Shown here piece by piece: positions 24,111-37,034 of a DNA stretch of 64,000 bases (its first letter is position 1; every line of letters begins with the position of its first letter). The translations under genes were made by a program, and so were the position numbers. This DNA comes from Rhynchobatus australiae (taxonomy: Eukaryota), in assembly GCA_034780895.1 (NCBI GenBank), contig JAUZTB010000068.1, positions 24,686,828 through 24,750,827 of the forward strand, given 5' to 3'. The notes under the pieces were generated by a model. That model made no database searches. It worked only from the letters and a program-made list of their open reading frames with translations, and was not told where the DNA came from.

Positions 24111-26819
24111 TGCTTTATCAGCAGGAGAGCCAGTGCAGTTCTTTGATTTGCAGGCACATCTCTTGCCCAGGTAAAGTTTTGTGTAATCAAGCTTTAAATG
24201 CCCTCAGTCTTCAGCAGAGTAGTGTGCTGTCTTTGGATTTTATCTTTAGAGCCAGTAAAATCAGGTATGTACCACAATCTTCCAGGTTTTGCAAACTGTT
24301 CATGAGAATAGCTGGATCTGCCTGTCCNNNNNNNNNNNNNNNNNNNNNNNNNNNNNNNNNNNNNNNNNNNNNNNNNNNNNNNNNNNNNNNNNNNNNNNNN
24401 NNNNNNNNNNNNNNNNNNNNNNNNNNNNNNNNNNNNNNNNNNNNNNNNNNNNNNNNNNNNNNNNNNNNNNNNNNNNNNNNNNNNNNNNNNNNNNNNNNNN
24501 NNNNNNNNNNNNNNNNNNNNNNNNNNNNNNNNNNNNNNNNNNNNNNNNNNNNNNNNNNNNNNNNNNNNNNNNNNNNNNNNNNNNNNNNNNNNNNNNNNNN
24601 NNNNNNNNNNNNNNNNNNNNNNNNNNNNNNNNNNNNNNNNNNNNNNNNNNNNNNNNNNNNNNNNNNNNNNNNNNNNNNNNNNNNNNNNNNNNNNNNNNNN
24701 NNNNNNNNNNNNNNNNNNNNNNNNNNNNNNNNNNNNNNNNNNNNNNNNNNNNNNNNNNNNNNNNNNNNNNNNNNNNNNNNNNNNNNNNNNNNNNNNNNNN
24801 NNNNNNNNNNNNNNNNNNNNNNNNNNNNNNNNNNNNNNNNNNNNNNNNNNNNNNNNNNNNNNNNNNNNNNAGTTTACAATAAAAAGGGTTTTGATAATGC
24901 TGCTGTGATAAGAATATATCTTTTGGGCTGGGGCAGAGGTGATCGATGTAAGATCATCAAAACAATGATGAAGAAAGAGGTTCAGAACTTTCCATGATCA
25001 TGCAGGCTACCACAGGAACACAGCAGATTATCAGACACCACCAAAAGGCCAGGCTAACAATACACACCAATTAGTAAGTTACTAACTAGCTACTAACTAA
25101 TGCAGAGAGGCAACACCATGACAGGATTCTGCCAATGGCACTGAGCAACATCCCCTTTCATTGTTTATGGTGTAATCAGAACCTTGTCAATTAAATTCCC
25201 ACCAATGACTCACAGCCAGCTGCCATTATCCTGCAGTGATAAACAGACTGGAACACAGTGTGTTGCAGTGGAACATTTGTTGCATATCGTGCATTTCTGG
25301 TCTGAACACTGCAGTATATTAATTGCTGTGTGAAGTAACTAATAGAGTTCATTAACTCTGCAAAGAAACAATGCTTATTAACGGGCACATTAGCTTTTGA
25401 AAGGTTTCCATTAATGCATGTTACTGCTTATATAGAAGGGGAATTATTTTTAGCAAGAAAATTAAACACTTGTATTGCTTTGGTGCCGTTATATAGAAAT
25501 ATATGTGTGTATGCTGGCTGCTTTAGTTTGCGTTATTAGGATCTTGGCAGTTTTATTCATTTTTAACTGTGGCCATTCAAAAGCTATTTAAGGTCCAGAA
25601 CTAGTAGAAAAAAATTAAATATTGGTGACCTCCCATTAGTAATTTGAATTTGATTGTTATTAACAGTAAACAGAAAGTGTAAAAGGTACATGTGGATATA
25701 TTTTGGTATATAAAATTATGCAAAAGTATCAACAGGAAAGACTATTTCCCCTAGGAAAGATGTCAGTAATTAGGGAGTGTAAATTTGAGATAATTGGTTA
25801 GAGGATAAAAGGGAAAGTGGGGAATGTTTCTTTCACCAAATGATTGGTGAGGTTTGGAACATTTCATGAAGGGATGCTGGAGGCAGATGCTCTTATCACG
25901 TTTACAGAATGGCAGATTTGCAGAAATCAAAGACATCAGGCCACATCTGTGGTGAAAATTAGCTTTTTTTTTAAATAGCTGTCATTGTGAAAAGCTTTTT
26001 GTTTGTTCAGAAGAGTGGCTTGTGGCAAATTACATTTGTTCCAAAGCTCATCACCTTTCATGTTCAACAGCAAAATCCGCATTTTCACGGTTATCCTTCT
26101 CATCTAATTATAAATGACTCATTTGTTGAAGGTGCTCACACAGATTAATTAACCTCAATGTTTTCTCAGAAACACTGATCGCCCACAATGCCTAATTTAG
26201 CAGATGATAGTGAAACATTTCTGCAGCATCTCTGGAACCTTTTGGAAGTATGTAATATCAATAATGATTTCTTGATACTGGCAGCATTGTTCTCTATGTT
26301 TAAAAACTATTCAACTTGAAAAATGTAACCATGGTAATCGTCCATTAATCCCCATTAGAAAATCCCAGTATTACCTTAATTATTGGTTTTGTGATACTTT
26401 ATGGCGTCCAGAAATTTATAGATGCAGGTATAATGTTATAAATTCATAAAACAAAATCAAATAATAACTAATATTGAAGCAGCTTTAGTATTTAGCAAGC
26501 ATATTGAATAGTGGTGTCAGAAGGCATTAATGGATAGCTTCTGAAAATGGGCACATGAATTGCAATGTGTGATTATTTCACACTAGTTGCTTCCAACGCA
26601 GGCATTGCACCAATCTCGTACTGCTTACTTCTTAAAATAATTTTAGCACACAATCAGCGCTCATTGGATTTCTCACTGGCTGGGGGTGGGGGAGGGGACA
26701 GGGAGCTCAATTTTGTGTGTGGCTATCACTTCCACAACTTGAATCTCTCAAGTGGCTGCAGTAGAGCATGGCAGATCCTTCATAACTCCTTCCCACCCAA
26801 GAGTCATTCAAGAAGGCAT

Positions 26820-27010
26820 AACTTGAGGGAGAGCAGGGTTTTTGACTCTGCCTTTGAAGTCTGGCTGAAGAAGATGGGTAGATGAAGAAATCTCCTGTAC
26901 CTGCCATGGGCTGGGAGACCCTCCAGCCACTCACTCACAAGGCAGGAGGAGGAGATTCCACAAGGATTTGGATGCAGTCCCACAAATTCAGTGACCTGGC
27001 CAAGGGGCAA
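26820..27010 (+). mobile_element. PIF/Harbinger Myb/SANT-like DNA-binding ORF relic
   Basis: RVFDSAFEVWLKKMGR* followed by RIWMQSHKFSDLAK (26963-27004) resembles RFSD..LE.L.....RTW.QC.KKF.DL of Harbinger Myb-like proteins. Confidence 0.55.
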
Positions 27011-27782
27011 TGAATGCATCTTTACATGTCACATCTTACTCTCTGTGGCATCAGCTGCAGAGACTGCTCAAGGTATAGTGCACCCCATCACTCACCTCCC
27101 AACAATCTCTGTCATTTGTGTGCTTTGCTGCACTCTCACAACTTTATCACGGGTGTAGGTTTCACACAGACATTGTGCAAACACAGCTAGCTATTCAACC
27201 ACGGATGGCACAGCATTCAGGTATAGGCACGGCACATACATGCAACCCAACAAGATGGCACATGTGACCAGCATGGCACCAGCCTTGCTACCAGAGGAGT
27301 GCCCACCATATTCTCCACAGCCAGAGCCGAGGTTGAAACCATTTACACCCGATTCTCCTCCTCACATCCCACTTCCCTCTCTTCCAAAAGTTATGATTTT
27401 TCAGCAGCAGGTGACAGCCACCACTTGCTACCCTCATCCTCCAGCCTCAGTACAAGGCGGCATCTGATGGGCAGCATTCAGTTGCAGGTCAAACAGAAAC
27501 CACCCAATGCTTGGGCTCTGCAGGAGAGCTTGGACTTCTGCCTTCTGCAGAACTCATCTCCTCTGGGGACCTGTCACCCGAGTTACAATTTCCACTGCCA
27601 TGGCCGGGGACCACTGCTTCCTGTGGTTCACCATCTACATGTTCTGCAATGTCCTCCACTGTAACAGGCACAAGTCATGTCCCATCTTCTCCTGCAAAAA
27701 AGATGCAAGTCTGCGAGTGAATGTCTCGCAATTGTCCGCAGATGTACCAGCTGTGCTTGAATAGCCGGCAAGATGCGGGAGG

Positions 27783-27940
27783 AGACACGAGACTGCAGGT
27801 GCTGGAATCTGGAGCAACAAACAAGCTGCTGGAGGAACTCAGTGGGTTGAGCAACACCTGTGGGAGAAAAAGGCATCGTTGATGCTTCGGGTCGAAACCC
27901 TGCATCAGGACTGAGGATGGAAAGGGGAGATGGCCATTAG
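27783..27940 (-). mobile_element. Penelope-derived terminal segment
   Basis: Same motif block as 3568-3791 and 42483-42830 (ctggaatctggagcaac...ctggaggaactcag...gggtcgaaaccctgcatcagg). Confidence 0.75.
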
Positions 27941-28349
27941 ATGGTCGGGTTGAGGCCTGGCTGTGAAGAGCAGCAGTAACTGTTTGAGGGTGTTGTGCTG
28001 TGTGTGAAACTCAGGCAGAAGTTGTGATTGAAGCAAATTATGGTTATTCAAGTGAGAGGAATATAACACATTGAGCAGTGTGTGTGGCATTTTGTGGGAG
28101 AAAGTATTCACTGAGCTTGACTATGTACGTGGGGTCAAACTGCTTGCATACCAGCCCCATAGACAGTGCTGAATTATGAAAGAGGTGTCTCACTCCTGCT
28201 ATCGACCTTAGTGGGAACGTCTTTCCGCTACCACTTAACTATCAGTGACACTGCAGGGAGAGGACCTTTATTTTTCTGTCCACCTGATTGAGTAAGATCT
28301 CCAGAACTGTATCTGAAAATGAGACTGCCTTCTCTTATACGTGGTCTGC

Positions 28350-28900
28350 CATAAGACTTCGGAGCAGAATTAGGCCACTTAGCTCATCGAGTCTGCTCCA
28401 CCATTCGATCATGGCTGATTTATTTTTCCCTCCCAACCCCATTCTCCTGCCTTCTCTCCGTAACCTTTGATGCCCTTACTAATAAAAAACCTGTCAACCT
28501 CCGCTTTAAATATACCCAATGACTTGGCCTCCACAGCCATCTGAGGCAATGAATTCCACAGATTCATCACCCTCTGGCTAAAGAAATTCCTCCTAATCTC
28601 TGTTCTAAAGGGAGGTCCTTCTATTCTGAAGCTGTGTCCTCTGCTCCTTGACTCTCCCACTGCTGGAAACATCCTCTCCTTGTCCACTCTATCCAGGCCT
28701 TTCAATATTTGGTAGGTTTCAATGAGATCCCCCCTCATCCTAAACTCCAGCGAGTACAAGCCCAGAGCCATCAAATGCTCTTCATGCCTTAACCCTTTCA
28801 TTCCCTGGATCATTCTTGTAAACCTCCTCTGGGCCCTCTCCAATGCCAGCACATCCTTCCTGAAGATATGGGGCCCAAAACTGCTCCCAATACCCCAGAT
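28350..28900 (-). mobile_element. Young CR1 3' end, same family as 4735-5914
   Basis: ORF 28409..28852(-) LERAQRRFTRMI...RGHSFRI...FFSQRVMNLWNSLP plus tail. Confidence 0.93.
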
Positions 28901-29271
28901 GCGGTCTGCCCTGCTTCCCTCTATGCTTCAAATCCTTTGGAATGACTTTCATCAGTTCCAGATGAAAAGAGGCAATGTGATAGCTTCTGCTTGTGCTAGA
29001 TTGTCACAAAAGTTAACCTTCTGGATATGCTTTCAGGTAATAAAGACTGAGGTTGGTGCAAATTCATCATGAATTGGTCAAAGCATACATTTTCTGTCAG
29101 GCAGCACTGGTCAAACAGACACAGATTAATCACACTTAGTTATGCCAGCTCTATCCAGTTTCTACGCTTCTGCCTCAAGATACCTTGGTGAGTTCAGGAT
29201 GTGGCAATGACAGGGCATTGTTCAGGTTGATTGAAGCCACAAACAATAATGGAAAACAGATCCAAGGACTC

Positions 29272-30100
29272 AAACAGCCATTCCAGGTGAAGCATTGACT
29301 CAGTTGCTCTTTACGCAATTTAATCTATTGTATCCGGTGTCCACAATGTGGCCTCCTTTATGCTGGAGAAACCAAATGCAAGTTTGGGTGATTGTTCTGC
29401 AGAGCACCTGCACTCGGTCTGCAGGAGTGACCCTGAGCCTCCCGTTGCCTGCTATTTCAGTTCACCATCCCACTCTCACTCTGACCTGTCTGTGGCCTTC
29501 TGCACTGTTCCAATGAGGCCCAGCAATAAGCTCAAGGAACAACACCTCATTTTTCGTCTGGGCACATTGCGGCCTGCAGGACTCAGTATTGAATTCTCTG
29601 GCTTCAGTTAACTTGTTCTTTACTGTTTGTATCGGTATTGGCTATCTGGGCTNNNNNNNNNNNNNNNNNNNNNNNNNNNNNNNNNNNNNNNNNNNNNNNN
29701 NNNNNNNNNNNNNNNNNNNNNNNNNNNNNNNNNNNNNNNNNNNNNNNNNNNNGCTTGCAATTTCTTTCCCCCCACTTTTTTTCTTTCATTTATATATTTT
29801 GGCCTGTTCAGCGCAATATCAGACGACTAGACTATATAACATCATCCAGACTGAACAACATTAGCAACATATTACACAGACAAAGGAGTTTAACTGACCA
29901 TTCAAGAGCTGCCCACCATTTCACCCTGTTGTAGACATTCCTTTTGTTCCATCCATTACCTGCTTCCCCCACCTTCTTTGTTACTTTGACTAACTTGCTT
30001 CCCCTCTTTCTCAGTTGTGATGTAGGGTCTTCAACCCAAAATATTAACTAGTTTCTCTTTCCAAAGATGCGGCTGAGTTCCAGCATTTCTGCTTTGTCAC
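29272..30100 (+). mobile_element. Penelope-like element: GIY-YIG endonuclease and 3' terminal region
   Basis: NLIYCIRCPQCGLLYAGETK at ~29317-29377, then ORF 29348..29611 (EHLHSVCR..PVACYF..EQHLIFRLGTLRPAGLSIEFS); terminal motif at ~30010-30090. Confidence 0.88.
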
Positions 30101-30384
30101 TGACAATAACCTCAGTTAAGCATTTAAGATGCTACAACATTATTTTGGTGTTGAGAGGCAGTTCTACAACCAACTGCAGTGAGAAAGATTTTGCTACTGT
30201 GACACCATACAGATATTTTTGGGATTATGTAACTGGATGAAATGTACTGAAGGAGAGTGTCTCATGACACGTACTATGAGTGGGATTTCTTTCTTCACCC
30301 TTCAGAGAGGCAGTGNNNNNNNNNNNNNNNNNNNNNNNNNNNNNNNNNNNNNNNNNNNNNNNNNNNNNNNNNNNNNNNNNNNNN

Positions 30385-31480
30385 NTAATCAAGAACAGAT
30401 AGCATGGATTTGTTAAGGCAGGTTTGAACATATCTAAATTGATTGAATTTTTTTTGAGGTTACAGGGAGATTGATGAGGGTAAAACATTTGGTATAGTCT
30501 ATTAGGATTTTTGCAATGCATTTGACCAAGCTCCACTTGGCATACTGATTGGTAAGTACCTGGGGATCCAAGGAAAGGTGGCAAGCTGAACTAAAAGTGG
30601 TTCGTTGGCTGAGACCAAAAGGTAATTGGAAGGGTCTACAAGGTGAGGTTCCATGGGACTTTGCACTAGGCTTCTTGCTTCTCTTGGTAGATTTCATTGA
30701 CTTGGGCTTAAATGTAGAAGTTAAGAAGTTTGCAGATGTTTAAAATAAAGGTTAACATTTTTAACTGCAGGATGATATCAATTAGCAAAAATATTGGCAA
30801 ATGCAAATTTAATGCAGCCTGGAGATATGTGAAATAATACATTTGACTAAGGCAGCAAGGCAAATAAATACAAAAGAATGGGATAAGAAGAGGGAGACCT
30901 TGGGATGCACATCTACCGATCCCTGAAAATAGCAGAACATGCAGGAAAAAAAATGCAGAATGGATGCTTGCCTTTGCAGGCTGACATATGTGGTGTAAGA
31001 GCAAGGAGATCATGCTGGAACTCTACAAACTATTGTCTGCAGATTTGGGCCCTTAATTACTGGAATGTTGTCAGAAGATGAGGAGATTTATAGGGATGTT
31101 TTCAGGACAGGTGAATTCTGTTTCTGAGGGTAGATTGACTAAGCTAGAGTAGATTGTTTTATGAAAGGCCTAAAAGCATTAATAGAAAATCTACTTCCCT
31201 TAACAAAGAGATTTAAAGTAATGGGTAAAAGGGACTGGAGGCAGCTTGAAGATAAGAAAGAATGAACCAAGTTGTTAGGGTCTGGAACTCATTGCCTGAA
31301 AGGGAGTTGGAATCAGAAACACTCATCATATTTAAACAAAGATATTCTGAAGAACATTTGAAGTACCGTGGCCCACAATGCCAAGGATCGATAAATGGGA
31401 AATGGGATTAGCCAAAATCATCTGACTTTGGCCATTTTGAGGTCCCAATGGGAACAAATAACCTCTTGCTTTGCTATAAA
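30385..31480 (+). mobile_element. Decayed CR1 LINE (RT to tail)
   Basis: cagatagcatggatttgttaagg (QHGF-like), aagtttgcagatg (KFAD) and gtctggaactcattgcctgaaagg (WNSLP). Confidence 0.8.
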
Positions 31481-33420
31481 TTTCTACAGTTCAGCTGCAG
31501 TTCTTTTAAATTTCTGGAAGTGAAAGCTGACAGTTCTTTAGGGACCATGATATTAGCCCATCTCGTTAATGGAATGTAAGAGTGGAGAAGGAAACTGGAT
31601 AAGTAATGGAGGAAAATAGGGTGAATTATAGTCAAGTTAGAAATGGAAAGGGAAATTAAGGAAAGGGAAGAAAGACTGGAATAAGAGGAAATGTGGAAAG
31701 AGACTGAAAGAAAAATTAGATATTTATAATTAAAATTTCTAAAATACCCAGGGACAATTTATGTACTGCAGAAGAGAAACTCCAGAGTATAAATTATCCC
31801 CTTTCTGGGATCTCAAGTTTGAAAGCAGGTTAAAACCATCAATCACTCTAATCAAAGATCTTTATACTGTGAAATAGCCTTCTCATTTTCTGTGGCAAGT
31901 TAAATTCTCGGTCTTTATGGAAGTATAACTATTTCTTGATTCCCTTGAGAAGATTCACAGTGCAGTCCTGATTTTGCAGAGCTAATGGTGGAAATTGTCC
32001 AGTAATTTGTGACAATTTGCAATTCATGCTTTATCACTTCCTTACCACAAATTGATGAGGTTTTTGTGCACTAATGACAACAGGCATGAAGCTCAATATT
32101 TTATCTTCCCAGAAAAATCTGGGTCAAAATGTTGGGTTGCAGCTGAAATGGTTCACGCTCCTGTCAAAAACCTGATTACACATACTCATTCAGCACAGTG
32201 TGTTCTTGTACCCTTGAAGATTGTTAACTAGTTTCTTGATTGCAGAGATGGGAACTGTTCAGAGAGCCATATAGCTTTCTCTTGTCATAGTAACAGCTTA
32301 ATTCTCTCCTGCTCTAGCTCTGTACCAGATGAGAATCCTTCTTAGATTCTGTGGCTCTTTTAATTAGCAGACAGGCAGAAATTGATTTGCTTTCAGAATC
32401 CCACAACCTGTAAATTAAAGTGCAGTGTCTCAGTGTAATGAAAGAGAGAAGGGACAATACCTGGAGATTAATGGCCTGAATGCTCAAATTGAAAGGGGAA
32501 TTTTAACTCCCTTGCCCTGGCAAAAACTAAGTCAAAATCCAATCAATAAACACACAGCTCACTATCCATACTTGTCAATTCCTTGGATGGTCTGAATCAG
32601 GCGCAAGCCTCATAATAATATTCAAACTATGGTCCTATTATTTTACCCTGACATGGGTTCCATTGCAACTGTTCACTGATTGGGCACCCTCTTCAAATGC
32701 CAGGCTCAGTGATACCCTGTGAGGTCCATGGACACTCAGAATAAAGCATATCTCTGTGAAGTCTGAGTGCAAGAATGCCCTATGATGTGCTACAAAGGAA
32801 ATCTGCGTGAATCCACCTCGAGCTCCCGATATTTCACACTCGCAATTCCTTCCTAATCTGGAGAGGGAATGGGAGAAGGGCTGGGGGCGGGGGAAATGTT
32901 TTGTCATGATTGTTTAGGTATGTTTTACAGGCCACCTGTTAATTTCTCATTCATTTTTCAGGATCCAGGTGTTGCTGGCATGATGAACATTTGTCCATAA
33001 TATAAACTAACAAAGTATTTGGTTTTATTTATGGGAAGATTTAATACAAAAAAAACCCTTCTCTTTGTGCTGGACCCTTGGTTAGATGCACACTGTGTGT
33101 AATAATGGTTCTTTCATTCGTTGGATGACATTCAAGCTCCAGAAATTGTTCAGGGCAGCACTGCAAGACTGATATCCAGTATAAACAATCATAATTACTC
33201 TGTTGGGCTTAAAAAGTAGAATCTATTCACTTCAGCTTTTGTAACAAAAAATCTGGGGTGAAATGAGAGAAATATGCAAGATAAATTTAGTTCTTCCTGT
33301 TAGCAGACAGAGCATCTCAGTTGAAGAGGGTGCTTCTGGGAGTGATAGGAGGAAGGGTGGGGGCAATTGCAGGTGAACTGATGAAGTTGAGGAAGTAAAG
33401 GGTTAAAAATTGTGACTAAC

Positions 33421-33868
33421 TGTAGCCACGCATATAGCTGATGGAAAAATACCTCGCAAGCAAGAGCACGCAAACTGCTGATTCAATGGATAGGTGTGAA
33501 TTACTATATCCGAAACCTTTATTGCAGACCAGTTATGCGAGACAAAAAGGGTGCTGGGTGCAATAAACAAGTGGGAAGCTTGTCCTAAACAATGAAGGGT
33601 GATACCTGTCTTTGAATCTCTTGATTATAACTCAGTTATGTTGGACAATAGGTGCGATGTCTGTCTTGGGATCTCCGAGGCCTGACCGAAACTCGTGGAG
33701 CCGAATTCATGAAGTGTGCATGACAATATCTGTATAAATCACAGTCTGCTTCTTTGGACTGCAGAGACCTCCGATAAAGACTCTACGTGAGAGTTTGAGG
33801 AGAGTTCTCCCGCAGTATACTGCTAATAAACACGTTTTAACAGAATTAATCTGTGGCACTGTGTTACT
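33421..33868 (+). mobile_element. Probable LTR (3' end lost in gap)
   Basis: Begins TGTAGCCACG, is CpG-richer than its flanks, and has TATAAAT at 33733-33739 and AATAAA at 33825-33830 in U3-R order. Confidence 0.5.
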
Positions 33869-36800
33869 NNNNNNNNNNNNNNNNNNNNNNNNNNNNNNNN
33901 NNNNNNNNNNNNNNNNNNNNNNNNNNNNNNNNNNNNNNNNNNNNNNNNNNNNNNNNNNNNNNNNNNNNAAATCAGGACAACAAAGTAAAGTGAGGAAGTG
34001 ATGAGGCTGAAATGACAATCCATGTAATGTGAAGGACTTCCTAGACCATTTTGGAAAGATCTCAGGGGTGCCTGTCTGAATTTGCCTGTAGATCTTGATG
34101 TGCATTTCGTTGACTCTTCTGAATGAAAATTGCATCTCCCACCAGTGATCGCCAATTCAAATTCAATGGCATATTCCATGGTGACACTTAAGTAGCTTTT
34201 GGTTCTGTTACATGGTGCTGATGCCCGATGATAATTTGAACTGTTCAAGCAACTATTTAAGGTTCACTATTGGGTGATTAAAACAGATCAAAATAAGGCT
34301 TTCACTCTAAAAATATTATTTTGTTAGCCTGAGAAAACTTGGTTGTAATATTACTTCGGAAAGATAGTTTATTGAATGTACACCACCAGCATCATCCCCA
34401 CCAGCTACACATGGAGAGACTGTTGACACGTAAGCCATCAATTAAGGATGGATGGAAAATGGCTACGTGAAAAAACAGCATTCTAACACCACAAACAAGT
34501 CATGATCAAAGTAAGATGTTCAGGCACATATGCTGTTTGAAACCAAGATTTCAGGATTAAAGGAAAGTTATATACTTCAGTCATCTGTCCAGCTGCATCT
34601 CAACTTAACAGCTAAATATANNNNNNNNNNNNNNNNNNNNNNNNNNNNNNNNNNNNNNNNNNNNNNNNNNNNNNNNNNNNNNNNNNNNNNNNNNNNNNNN
34701 NNNNNNNNNNNNNNNNNNNNNNNNNNNNNNNNNNNNNNNNNNNNNNNNNNNNNNNNNNNNNNNNNNNNNNNNNNNNNNNNNNNNNNNNNNNNNNNNNNNN
34801 NNNNNNNNNNNNNNNNNNNNNNNNNNNNNNNNNNNNNNNNNNNNNNNNNNNNNNNNNNNNNNNNNNNNNNNNNNNNNNNNNNNNNNNNNNNNNNNNNNNN
34901 NNNNNNNNNNNNNNNNNNNNNNNNNNNNNNNNNNNNNNNNNNNNNNNNNNNNNNNNNNNNNNNNNNNNNNNNNNNNNNNNNNNNNNNNNNNNNNNNNNNN
35001 NNNNNNNNNNNNNNNNNNNNNNNNNNNNNNNNNNNNNNNNNNNNNNNNNNNNNNNNNNNNNNNNNNNNNNNNNNNNNNNNNNNNNNNNNNNNNNNNNNNN
35101 NNNNNNNNNNNNNNNNNNNNNNNNNNNNNNNNNNNNNNNNNNNNNNNNNNNNNNNNNNNNNNNNNNNNNAGTGTAATGTACCATAGTTGCTGCAGAATGC
35201 CCCATTCTGTAGGTTTGGAGACTGCTAGAACAAGTATCTCTTCAGGGGAACCAGCAAGGAGAACCTTCAAGCACATTGCTTCACACTGTTTAGGCATCAG
35301 TATATTAATAAATGTTCTCAGTGCTTCTCAATGTTTTTTTTGTCAAATATTAATTTTCATGATCTGGGTATCTCTAGCTAGGCCAGCATTTCTTTCTTTT
35401 TCAATCATGCTTCATTTATTCTTCACTGCATTCTTTCCCTGATGGGTCCACACCAATAAACCATTTATCTTTCTTTGCAAGTCCATTCCTTATCGGTCAT
35501 CTTCTGAAATTCCTCCCCAACTGAAACTAAAATCGATAAGCCTACCAGTTCTATGCAAATTAAATTTGACTCTCAAGATTCTGACCCCTTGATGTGCACT
35601 GAGATGGAAACCAGTTCCAATATCTCCTTGTAACATGATTTATTCACAATGGATGCAAAGATAGTCTTAAGGGACAGAAAGGCCTAGTCCTGTTCTAGTG
35701 AAGTCAAGGCCTACTGACAGGGCACAGAGGACTGGATTTTAGCAACCAGCTGGAGAGGTCTGCCCGAACTGTTATTGATGAGCCCGAGTGCAATTATTCT
35801 GATTACATTTAATGTGCTTCATCTGTACAGTTCATTCAGAAAATAAGATTTTCCCTGTACAGCCATTATCATCATTCCTTATTATATGTCATGGTATCAT
35901 TATATCTTGGATTATGCTCCTAACTTAACTCACGGTACTGCGATGCATTGCTTTTTTAAATTCACTTTCAAAGGAATGCACAGTTTCATGTTTTAAATCT
36001 TCTTTCTTAGTAAATCACTGGCTTAGCCTCAGCTGAAGTACTGTATCTACTTATGAACCTCACACTTTAGGAAGGATTGAAGACCTTGGCGGGAGTACAG
36101 AGAAGGATTAATACAATGATACGTGGATGAGGCTTTCCGTGATGTTGAAAGACTGGAGCAGTGAAAGTCAAAGTGAAGCCCAACAGAGAGATGCAAAATT
36201 ATTTGCAAGGGGAAATAGGAAGAAAACATTTCCTCTGGGAAGTGTACCAGTAGCCCAAGGGCTGGAGATTTAAAATAATTAGCAATATAACTAGATCAGA
36301 AATGAGGATACATTCCTCTCACTTTAAAATAAGAATAATCCCTGTGGTGTAATTGAATAGCTTTACTCTCAATCTCCTTGAATTTGCTTAAAAATCTTCT
36401 GCAGGAGCTGGGGATTGCTTATCCATCTTAGAAATGACTGCAGGTAGGGGTTATGTATACTCAGTAAAACAACTGAATATAATTGAGAGATCATTGACCT
36501 GAAACATTACCTCTGTTTGTCTCTCCACAGACACTACCTGACCTGCTGAGTAGTCTCAGCAACTTAGGTTTTTACTTCAGAGTTCCAACACTTGCACTTA
36601 TCTGCTTTCCAATTACAATATCTGCTGTGGAATTTAAATTTTGAGAGAGTAACTGGCATGTAAAACCAGTTTTCCAAAAGGTCAAGTCAGCAAATAACAG
36701 AGAATTAGCTGAATCACTAAACCACAAAATCCATAGTATTATTGAGCTAGAATTGTAGTCATTGTGGACTGATGGGTCTGAGAACACAAACATATACTGG

Positions 36801-37034
36801 GGGGAAAAACATTAGCTCAAGCAGTTGGTGAGAATTAATGCAATAAGCTTTCCAGTGTATTAATCCTGTGTTTATATTTTNNNNNNNNNNNNNNNNNNNN
36901 NNNNNNNNNNNNNNNNNNNNNNNNNNNNNNNNNNNNNNNNNNNNNNNNNNNNNNNNNNNNNNNNNNNNNNNNNNNNNNNNNNNNNNNNNNNNNNNNNNNN
37001 NNNNNNNNNNNNNNNNNNNNNNNNNNNNNNNNNC

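Noticed and set aside
31540-32130. Possible ancient non-autonomous DNA transposon
   Set aside because: Resembles a shark repeat from recall, but no TIR pair or TSD could be shown in the window.
21110-35297. Long ORFs in the track (e.g. 21110..21766, 24110..24997, 34530..35186)
   Set aside because: Their length comes from translated N runs.
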